Shown: positions 1 to 7,483 of the stretch, piece by piece
How positions within the stretch are numbered: position 1 is the stretch's first letter
Layout: each line of letters starts with the position of its first letter
DNA from: Pinirhizobacter sp.
GTDB lineage: Bacteria > Pseudomonadota > Gammaproteobacteria > Xanthomonadales > Rhodanobacteraceae
Assembly (NCBI RefSeq): GCF_036499745.1
Contig: NZ_DASYDG010000033.1
Location: 33,662 to 97,661 of the forward strand
Direction: 5' to 3'
Length of the DNA: 64,000 nt
Position numbers and translations under genes: made by a program
Notes under the pieces: model-generated
Database searches by the model: none
What the model was told of the DNA's origin: nothing
What the model saw: the letters and a program-made list of their open reading frames with translations, nothing else

Positions 1-97
1 GCAGCACTGGCTTTATCGGCTCTTCGGCGAAGGACAGTGCTGGGACGGCGGCCATCGCCAGCGTCATGACCAGGAAAATGGAGATGCCCCGGATCAT
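1..97 (-). CDS. N-terminus of a secreted protein (partial; possibly lipocalin family)
   Basis: Manual translation MIRGISIFLVMTLAMAAVPALSFAEEPIKPVL shows a signal peptide. ATGA overlap with the DUF2878 stop at 94-96. Runs off the window. The lipocalin guess rests on neighbourhood only. Confidence 0.55.
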   Translation of the reverse strand, partial: MIRGISIFLVMTLAMAAVPALSFAEEPIKPVL

Positions 98-630
98 GCA
101 TTGATTCCTTCAGTGGCGTCTTTTTTCCCAGGGTGGGCGAGCATGGCCAGGAGCGGCGTGGCTACTGCCCAGCCCACGGCGAGTACGGCCGTCGCGCGCC
201 AGGCGGGCGAAGAAAACGCCACCACGTGCCAGCCCCGCGAGGCGCCCAGGTAAGCCAACGGGCCACCGATGGCGCCGAATACCGCCGCCAGCCACGGACG
301 TGATTGCAGGTAGACCAGCGCCCCGGTGAATGTGAGCGAGAAGCTGGCCCACAGGACCAGGATCCACAGCGGCGGGAAGGGCATGCCCGGCCACGGCGCG
401 GCGTAGATGGCTAGTCCGGCGTGGATGAGGGTGCCGTCCACCAGGCAACCCATGACGACGGCGCAGAGCATCAGCAACACACTGCACCCGGGGCGGGGAG
501 CGAAAGCCAGTTGGCAGCCGGCAAAGATTACCCACCCCAGCACGCCCGGCCACGACAGGCCATGGGCGGCGCCGATCACGGCGGCGAACCAGACGGCCTG
601 GTAGCCAAGGAAGCTGGTCCAGAAATTCAC
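94..630 (-). CDS. DUF2878 family membrane protein
   Basis: 178 aa, multiple TM segments; motifs YQAVWFAAVIGA, PPLWILVLWASF, GAIGGPLAYLGA typical of DUF2878. Confidence 0.8.
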   Translation of the reverse strand: MNFWTSFLGYQAVWFAAVIGAAHGLSWPGVLGWVIFAGCQLAFAPRPGCSVLLMLCAVVMGCLVDGTLIHAGLAIYAAPWPGMPFPPLWILVLWASFSLTFTGALVYLQSRPWLAAVFGAIGGPLAYLGASRGWHVVAFSSPAWRATAVLAVGWAVATPLLAMLAHPGKKDATEGINA

Positions 631-815
631 GCGTGGTGCCTTCTAACGGAAAGGGATGCTTGTTGAAGATACGAAGGACAGCAAGGCGCGGATGCAACCT
701 CCGTCGCAGCTCCGACGATCTATCACGTCCGATCGACGACCAACGGCACATGCCGTGGCGCGTCCAAGGTCGAACAATGGGGCCGTACCCAGCGCATCAG
801 GAGGATGCCGCCGCC

Positions 816-1487
816 ATGAAGAACCACGACAGGGAATTTGCCGGGCATGCGGTGTACTCGCCGCTCACCCTGAGCGTGTACGACGCGCTCGTGCTGGGCG
901 TGTCCAATCCCCTGCTTTGGAAATGCCCGACGCAGAAGATCCTGGACTTCTACAACGAGAACATCTCGTCCAACCACCTGGACGTGGGCGTGGGCACGGG
1001 CTGGTACCTGGATCATTGCCGCTTCCCCGACCCCGCGCCCCGGCTGGCGTTGATGGATGCGAACGGCAACTCCCTGGACAAGGCTGCCAGCCGGGTGGTC
1101 CGCTACGGCCCGGAGACTTACCTCACCGATGTGTTGCAGCCGGTGCCCGGGCGCATCGAGCCCTTCGATTCGATCGCGCTCACCTACCTGCTGCACTGCC
1201 TGCCCGGCGACCTGGCCCGGAAATGCGTCGTCTTCGACCATCTCCGTCCGCTGCTGCGCGAGGGCGGCGTGATGTTTGGCGCCACCATCCTTGGTGCCAA
1301 CGTCGCCTGTGGCGGTGTCGCACGCAGGCTGATGGCGTTTTACAACGCGCGGCAGATCTTCTCCAATACCCACGACAGCCTTGCCGGTCTTGAACAGGAA
1401 CTGCACACCCGCTTCGACGACGTGCAGCTTCGCGTGATCGGTTGCGTGGCGCTGTTCCGCGTGAGGACCCGGGCGCCCTCCCGCTAG
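816..1487 (+). CDS. Class I SAM-dependent methyltransferase
   Basis: Motif I LDVGVGTGWY, LMDAN, FDSIALTYLLHCLPG. Start moved to ATG 816, downstream of GGAGG. Confidence 0.85.
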   Translation: MKNHDREFAGHAVYSPLTLSVYDALVLGVSNPLLWKCPTQKILDFYNENISSNHLDVGVGTGWYLDHCRFPDPAPRLALMDANGNSLDKAASRVVRYGPETYLTDVLQPVPGRIEPFDSIALTYLLHCLPGDLARKCVVFDHLRPLLREGGVMFGATILGANVACGGVARRLMAFYNARQIFSNTHDSLAGLEQELHTRFDDVQLRVIGCVALFRVRTRAPSR

Positions 1488-1555
1488 CAGGCTGCCGGCA
1501 ATCCCCCTTGTCGACCGGGGCTAGAATGGCCCGGATCAATGAATGGAGCCGACCC

Positions 1556-3733
1556 ATGCCGACTGCCCGCGTGACGATGATCCGCTTGACGATGGCGCTC
1601 GTTCTTGGCACTGCCGCATGCGCCGCACTCGCCGATGGTGTCACCCGCGAGGGCACCACCTTCCAGGGACGACAGGCCCGCATCAGCGCCAACGCCGATG
1701 GCTCGTTCCGCCTGGCCTATGATGGTGGCACGCGCGACATCGCCGCGCAGGCATGGAAAACCACCACCGCCAGCCCGTTGTTCGATGGCCTGTTCGCCAT
1801 GGCCCAGGCCGATCTTGCCGCCGATTCGGTCAAGGCGATCAGCGACTCGGGTTTCGACCATGGCCAGCCGATTGCCTGCGATTGTTTCGTCACGGGTGAG
1901 AAATGGCCCTTCGTGTGGACGCGGGACCTTTCGTTCTCGGTGGACCTGGGCCTGTGGCGGTTCGACCCCCAACGCGCGCGCAACTCCTTCGCTTTCAAGA
2001 TATCGGGCGTGCGCCAGCCCGGCGCGGGCGATGGCACCTATGTGATGCAGGACACAGGGTCCGGTGGCAGCTGGCCGATCAGCACCGATCGCGTGGTGTG
2101 GTTCACCGGTGCGCAGCATCTGTTGAGCGACAAGGCCTTTGCCGCGCGCTATGACAAGGCCCTGGCCGACACGCTGGCGCAGGACCGCAGCTTCGCCTTC
2201 GACAGCCGCCTGGGCCTGTACCGGGGAGAAACTTCGTTCCTGGACTGGCGCGAGCAGACCTACCCCGCATGGACAAAGGAAGATGTCACTTTCATCGCCG
2301 AATCGTTCGCCCTGTCGACCAACGTGCTGCACTACCAGGCGCTGCGCATCGCTGCGTCCCGACTGCATGACGGCACAGACTACGCCGGCCAGGCCGCGGC
2401 ACTGAAAGCGGCGATCAACCATCGCTTCTGGCGCGACGACCGCGGCATGTACATGAGCTACATCGGCGGCGACGTGGAGCCCGCGCCGTTCGATACCTAC
2501 GACATGCTGGGCCTGGCGCTGGCCATCGACAGCGGCGTGGCCGATACCGCCCATGCAAAGAAGATCCTGGCCAATTACCCGGTGTGGCCGGCGGGCACCC
2601 CGGTGATCTGGCCCGAACGCCGCGACCAGCCGATCTACCACAACCGCGCGATCTGGCCTTTCGTCAGCGCCTATGCCTTGCGTGCCGCGCGCCGGGCCGA
2701 TGCGCCGGCGCACATCGAGCACGAGATACGCTCGCTGATGCAGGGCGCCGCGCTCTCAGGTTCGAACATGGAGAATTTCGAACTTGCCTCGCAAAAAATC
2801 CACGTCGACGAAGGTCCGCTCAGTGGGCCGGTGGTGGATTCACCGCGCCAGCTATGGTCGGTGGGTGCCTATCTGGGCATGGTGACGGAAGGCGTGTTCG
2901 GGCTGGAACCGGACGACACCATCGTGCCCAAGCTGCCGGTCGGACTGGCACGGGATCTCTTCGGCGACAACGACACCATCGCGCTCGATACCGGCGCCCG
3001 ACGGATCGTGCTGCACAAGCCGGCCGGCATGGAAGGCAACCTGCTCGTGGCGGACAAGCGCAAGACATCGGGCCGCACCACGGATATCTGGCTGAAGGCC
3101 ACGGCGGTACCTGAGGTGCCATTGCGCAAGGATGCCCCGCTGTACGCGCCGGCGGCGCCCAATGCGCCAGTGATCGCCAGTCATGGCGGCAGCGATAGCG
3201 TCAAGCTCCCGGCTGATGGCGTGTTGTACGTCAACGGCCAGCGCACCACGGCTACCACCCTGCCCCATCGGGCCACGGTGCAATGCGTGAGCGTCACCGT
3301 CGAACAACACGGGCTCGAATCCTTGCATAGCCCCACGCGTTGCGTGGGTGAGGTGCAATCCCTGCAAGGCGAAGGCCCATGGACGTTCACCCCGTCGCAC
3401 GAGGGACCGGTGCAGCTTCGGTTGTCCTATGAGAACGATAATGGACCGGTGAATACCGGTGTGACCGCGGCGGTGCGCCGCGCGCAGATGCAGTGCGAAG
3501 GCGCCCCGGTGCAAGTGCAGGTGATCGTGATGCCGCACGGTATCCGCCGGCAGGTGTCCACACCCGCGCGCTTCAACGTACCCGCCCATGGTTCGTGCAC
3601 CATCAGCCTGAAGCCTGGCTTCAACATGTCGTACCTGACGCAATTCGCGCATTACACGCAGGCGAAGGGCGGGGCATCAGGCCCGCTTGATACCGCACGT
3701 GTTTTCGGCGCGTCGGTGATGCCGCTGCCCTGA
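1556..3733 (+). CDS. Secreted six-hairpin glycosidase-like protein (MGH1/amylo-alpha-1,6-glucosidase-like)
   Basis: Signal peptide; motifs WPFVWTRDLS, TDRVVW, GETSFLDWREQTYP, YHNRAIWPFV, NMENF; beta-rich C-terminal domain. RBS GGAG before ATG 1556. Confidence 0.7.
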   Translation: MPTARVTMIRLTMALVLGTAACAALADGVTREGTTFQGRQARISANADGSFRLAYDGGTRDIAAQAWKTTTASPLFDGLFAMAQADLAADSVKAISDSGFDHGQPIACDCFVTGEKWPFVWTRDLSFSVDLGLWRFDPQRARNSFAFKISGVRQPGAGDGTYVMQDTGSGGSWPISTDRVVWFTGAQHLLSDKAFAARYDKALADTLAQDRSFAFDSRLGLYRGETSFLDWREQTYPAWTKEDVTFIAESFALSTNVLHYQALRIAASRLHDGTDYAGQAAALKAAINHRFWRDDRGMYMSYIGGDVEPAPFDTYDMLGLALAIDSGVADTAHAKKILANYPVWPAGTPVIWPERRDQPIYHNRAIWPFVSAYALRAARRADAPAHIEHEIRSLMQGAALSGSNMENFELASQKIHVDEGPLSGPVVDSPRQLWSVGAYLGMVTEGVFGLEPDDTIVPKLPVGLARDLFGDNDTIALDTGARRIVLHKPAGMEGNLLVADKRKTSGRTTDIWLKATAVPEVPLRKDAPLYAPAAPNAPVIASHGGSDSVKLPADGVLYVNGQRTTATTLPHRATVQCVSVTVEQHGLESLHSPTRCVGEVQSLQGEGPWTFTPSHEGPVQLRLSYENDNGPVNTGVTAAVRRAQMQCEGAPVQVQVIVMPHGIRRQVSTPARFNVPAHGSCTISLKPGFNMSYLTQFAHYTQAKGGASGPLDTARVFGASVMPLP

Positions 3734-3741
3734 ACGGACGA

Positions 3742-3984
3742 TCAGGCGCACAGCTGCCCGATGAGGTCTTCCAGCAGCGAGCCTTCGTGGGTGGCCTGGT
3801 AGTTGTCGTCGAAGCCGATGCGGGTGAGGAGGTCTTCACAGGCATCGCGGAAGTCGTCGCGGATCTCCTGCTCGCCGCCCACCACCAGGCCGCCGGGACC
3901 GTGCAGTATGAGTTCGGCCAGTTCACTGGTTTCACGATGCGCGAGCAACAAGGTGCGCACTTCTTCCGAGATGCGGATCTTCAT
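3742..3984 (-). CDS. Small acidic hypothetical protein (80 aa)
   Basis: Fills the gap between convergent neighbours; protein-like composition; ends GFDDNYQATHEGSLLEDLIGQL. Confidence 0.65.
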   Translation of the reverse strand: MKIRISEEVRTLLLAHRETSELAELILHGPGGLVVGGEQEIRDDFRDACEDLLTRIGFDDNYQATHEGSLLEDLIGQLCA

Positions 3985-4074
3985 CGGTCAGCCTGGTCGT
4001 CCGGCCATGGTGAGTGGCTCGAGCTGGCCCGATTGTGCTGGCAGCAAGGGCATTTGACCAGCCCCCGCTTTTCG

Positions 4075-5493
4075 CTACGAACCAAGCTCCGATACCAATG
4101 CCGACATGGACGCGTTGATGTCATCGACATCCACCGCGGCATAGCCGAATAACAGGCCGGCCGGCCCCGGGCTGCCTTCATAAAAAGGGGTGATACCGTG
4201 AAGTCCGATGCCATGCGTGGCCGCGCGGGCAACCGTGTCCGCCTCACCGATGCCACGGAGCAACGCGGTGATATGGATGCCCGCCGACGATGGAGCCGCT
4301 TCCATCCACGCCGCGAGAGGTCCCTGTATCCAACCCAGCAGGGTTTCGCGGCGACGGGCATAGATGCGTTGCGCTCGGCGCAGGTGACGGCCGAAGTCGC
4401 CCTCCAGCATGAAATGGCCCAGCGCCAGCTGTGTCAGCGTGCATCCGTGCCAGTCGCCCAGTTGCCGCGCCTTGAGCAAAACCGGCATCAAAGAGGGCGG
4501 AGGGATGGCGTAGCCCATGCGCAGATCGGGAAACATGGTCTTGGAGAATGAACCCACGTAGATCACCACGCCGGCGTGATCGAGGCTTTTGAGCGACTCC
4601 ACCGGCCGCCCGTCGAAGCGGAACTCACCGTCATAGTCGTCCTCGATCACCACCGCACCCCGGCGGGCGGCGGCTTCCACCAGGGCCACTCGCCGCTCCA
4701 GGCTCATCGGCATGCCCAGTGGGAATTGATGTGACGGCGTGACATAGATCACCCGCGCCTGGGCAGGGATGGCATCGACGATCATGCCCTGTGCGTCGAC
4801 GGGTACCGGCACCACGTGCGCACCCAGGGCACGCATGGCCGCTCGCGCGGGCGGATAGCCGGGATCTTCCACGGCGACGGTGTCACCCGGTTCCACCATG
4901 ACGCGGGCGATGAGGTCCAGTGCCTGCTGCGCACCGGCAGTCACCAGCACGTCGTTCCATTGGCAGGCCACGGCGCGTTGCATGCCCACGTATCGCGAAA
5001 TGGCCAGGCGCAGTTCCTGTTCACCACCGGGGTCGCGGTAGTTCCCGGGCATATGTGCCTGCTTGCGCATGGCATGAGCCACGGCACGGCGCCAGGCGGC
5101 AAAGTCGATGATGCGCCGATCCACCACGCCACCACGGAAGTCCGCCCGCAGGCCTGCGCCGGGCCGCGGCATGGCGAGCGCGTCGGGAACCGATCGCCAT
5201 AGGGACGCAGGCACGATGTCGATCGATACCGGGCTCCGCCCGGCGGAAGACGCCAGGTCCTGTCCGACGAAACTGCCTCTCGCTCCGCGGCCCACCACGA
5301 ACCCCTCGGCCTCGAGTTGCTCGTATACCTCCAGCGTGGTCTTTCGACTGACCGCCAATTGCGATGCGAGGTCACGCGTGGACGGCAGGCGTTGGCCGGC
5401 GGCCAGGCGTCCTTCCACGATGGCCGCACGCAGTTGCCGGTAGAGCTGCGCGGTGAGCCCGTGGCGCTCGTCGATGGTGAGCTGGAGATCCAC
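4075..5493 (-). CDS. MocR/GabR-family regulator (GntR wHTH + PLP aminotransferase-like domain)
   Basis: LYRQLRAAIVEGRLAAGQRLPSTRDLA wHTH; YVTPSHQFPLG, IEDDYDGEFR, YVGSFSKTMFPDLRMGY. Confidence 0.95.
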   Translation of the reverse strand: MDLQLTIDERHGLTAQLYRQLRAAIVEGRLAAGQRLPSTRDLASQLAVSRKTTLEVYEQLEAEGFVVGRGARGSFVGQDLASSAGRSPVSIDIVPASLWRSVPDALAMPRPGAGLRADFRGGVVDRRIIDFAAWRRAVAHAMRKQAHMPGNYRDPGGEQELRLAISRYVGMQRAVACQWNDVLVTAGAQQALDLIARVMVEPGDTVAVEDPGYPPARAAMRALGAHVVPVPVDAQGMIVDAIPAQARVIYVTPSHQFPLGMPMSLERRVALVEAAARRGAVVIEDDYDGEFRFDGRPVESLKSLDHAGVVIYVGSFSKTMFPDLRMGYAIPPPSLMPVLLKARQLGDWHGCTLTQLALGHFMLEGDFGRHLRRAQRIYARRRETLLGWIQGPLAAWMEAAPSSAGIHITALLRGIGEADTVARAATHGIGLHGITPFYEGSPGPAGLLFGYAAVDVDDINASMSALVSELGS

Positions 5494-5516
5494 TCTTGGC
5501 TACCTTGGAATATCGA

Positions 5517-5530
5517 AAAATGGCCATTTT
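5517..5530. promoter_or_regulatory. Candidate operator (perfect palindrome AAAATGGCCATTTT) between the MocR and CMD genes
   Basis: 14-bp perfect palindrome in the divergent intergenic region; the regulator assignment is inference. Confidence 0.5.
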
Positions 5531-5589
5531 ATAGCGCCATGTCGAAGCATAACCTGACTCCATTACCCATGCAGGAGTCACCGACCGAT

Positions 5590-6027
5590 ATGAAACAGCG
5601 CCTGGATTTCTACGAGGCCAGCCCCGACGCGATCAAGGCGATGCTCGGGCTGGAGCAGCGAGTGGCTAAAAGCGGGCTGGAGAAGCCATTGGTGGACCTG
5701 GTGCGCCTGCGAGCCTCGCAGATCAACGGCTGCGCCTTCTGCATGGACATGCACGTGGCCGATGCCCGTAAGGGGGGCGAGAACGAGCGCCGCCTGGCAA
5801 CCCTGGGGGCCTGGCGGGAAACGCCTTTCTTTACCGATCGCGAGCGCGCGGCGCTAGCCTGGACCGAAGCACTCACCCTGGTGGCGGCGGGTCATGTTCC
5901 GGACGAAGTCTGGAACGAAGTGCATCCACATTTTTCCGAAGCTGAACTGGCCGACCTCACCTTGCTGGTGGTGGCCATCAACGGCTGGAACCGTTTTTCC
6001 ATTGGCTTTCGCAAGCCCCTGGACTGA
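5590..6027 (+). CDS. Carboxymuconolactone decarboxylase / AhpD-like protein
   Basis: LVRLRASQINGCAFCMDMH (CxxC), WRETPFFTDRERAALAWTEALT, INGWNRF. Divergent from MocR, a common pairing. Confidence 0.92.
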   Translation: MKQRLDFYEASPDAIKAMLGLEQRVAKSGLEKPLVDLVRLRASQINGCAFCMDMHVADARKGGENERRLATLGAWRETPFFTDRERAALAWTEALTLVAAGHVPDEVWNEVHPHFSEAELADLTLLVVAINGWNRFSIGFRKPLD

Positions 6028-6044
6028 GAACCGGGGACACAAGA

Positions 6045-6072
6045 ACCCTGCCGCGCGGTTGCGCGGCAGGGT
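6045..6072. terminator. Hairpin between convergent genes
   Basis: ACCCTGCCGCGC-GGTT-GCGCGGCAGGGT, perfect 12-bp stem; weak U-tract on the minus strand. Confidence 0.55.
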
Positions 6073-6128
6073 CATGAAAGCCGGCGCGCCTACCTGGAAA
6101 GAGCCAGGCGCGCGCCGATACCGACCTG

Positions 6129-6386
6129 TTAGTGCGCGGTGGAGCCGGAAGCCGGGGCAGCGGTGCCGGAGGCAGCCGGGGCCATGGCCGAACCGGAGGT
6201 TGCCGGGGTCATGGCCGAGCCGGAGGTTGCCGGCGGGGTAGCTTCCGGAGCTGCAGCCGGGGCGGCCGGAGCCGTCGACGCACCAGCCGGAGCCGGCGGG
6301 GTGTCGCTGTTGTTGGAGCTGCAGGCAGCAGCCAGGGCGATGACGGAGGCGAGGGCGAGCAGGCGGAGCGAGGTGGTGGCTTTCAT
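6129..6386 (-). CDS. Small Ala/Pro/Ser-rich lipoprotein
   Basis: MKATTSLRLLALASVIALAAAC lipobox followed by a low-complexity tail. Confidence 0.8.
   Translation of the reverse strand: MKATTSLRLLALASVIALAAACSSNNSDTPPAPAGASTAPAAPAAAPEATPPATSGSAMTPATSGSAMAPAASGTAAPASGSTAH
6183..6233. repeat. 27-nt period tandem duplication encoding PATSGSAM twice
   Basis: CATGGCCGA(A/G)CCGGAGGTTGCCGG at 6183-6206 and 6210-6233. Confidence 0.8.
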
Positions 6387-6596
6387 GTCTTTTTCCATGG
6401 CTTAAAAGGGCAAAGGGCAGACGCGATGCCAACCAGCGATTCGGTTGATTCTTCCACGGCATTGGAACACCGCGCCTGCGTTCGGATAGTGCAACTGCTT
6501 TTGTCAGCTGACGGGGATCGGTTGATGAAACCGATTTAACGACCCAGTTGCCGGTCCCCCGCCCAGGCCATCGCCTTTCGGCAACGTCCCAGGCGC

Positions 6597-7259
6597 CTAT
6601 TCTGCACCGGATTGGGTCGAATCATTCAACCAGTCGCTAATTCCCTCACGCCGGCAAGCCTCGATAAATGACGACATCGAGCGCCGGCGCTTCACATAGC
6701 CTGCCATGTTTGGCCAGTTTGTGGCAGGTCGCGCCATGTTACGGGTCCAGCGCATCAGCATGGTAACGAGGAAATCCAGGCTCGTCAGGCGCCCCGACAG
6801 GAAGAAATCGCGGCCATCGGCCAGGTGATCGTCCAATCGTGCCACCGCCGCTTCGATGCGTGAGCGCGATACCGCCCGCATGGCGTCGGCGCCCGACGGG
6901 TCGCCATCGATGCCCGCATAGAACCAGTCGCGCATGGCCGGAAGCACGCTGTTGGCAAGGAATATCGTCCATTCCAGGTACTCGGCGCGGTCGCGGTCGC
7001 CGGGCAAGGGACCCCATTCGCGCTCGGGATGCCGCTCGGCAAGCAGGGTGGCCAGCGCCACGCACTCGTGCCGCGGCTGGCTATCGACGATGAGTGTGGG
7101 AACGCGCCCGGCCGGGTTGAGCGCCAGGTAAGCAGGATCTTTCTGCGCACCGGTATCGATGTCCACCAGCACCTTCTCGAAGGGCACGCCCAGCTCGATG
7201 AGCATCCAGTGGATCACGAAGCTCGCTGTGGAGGGTGAGTAGTAGAGCGTGTAGCCCAA
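6597..7259 (-). CDS. Glutathione S-transferase family protein
   Basis: YTLYYSPSTAS, YLALNPAGRVPTL, HECVALATLLAERHPE. Likely TTG start at 7259 with GGAGA RBS. Confidence 0.9.
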   Translation of the reverse strand: MGYTLYYSPSTASFVIHWMLIELGVPFEKVLVDIDTGAQKDPAYLALNPAGRVPTLIVDSQPRHECVALATLLAERHPEREWGPLPGDRDRAEYLEWTIFLANSVLPAMRDWFYAGIDGDPSGADAMRAVSRSRIEAAVARLDDHLADGRDFFLSGRLTSLDFLVTMLMRWTRNMARPATNWPNMAGYVKRRRSMSSFIEACRREGISDWLNDSTQSGAE

Positions 7260-7483
7260 GGCCGATCTCCCGTGATCCTGATCGCGAATTTTAGCCCAGC
7301 CCACAACCGTAACCCTTGATGTTGCGCTGCACCATAGGAAAGATTCACGTAGCACAAGACCTCTACATTTCCGTTACATTCGGATTGCCGCAACGCAACA
7401 TGCGAGCCGCGCCACTTTGCCTGACCGGCGAATGCAGACCGGTGGCAGGGGATCTTCCAGCACTTCTTTCCACGAGGGGCAGC

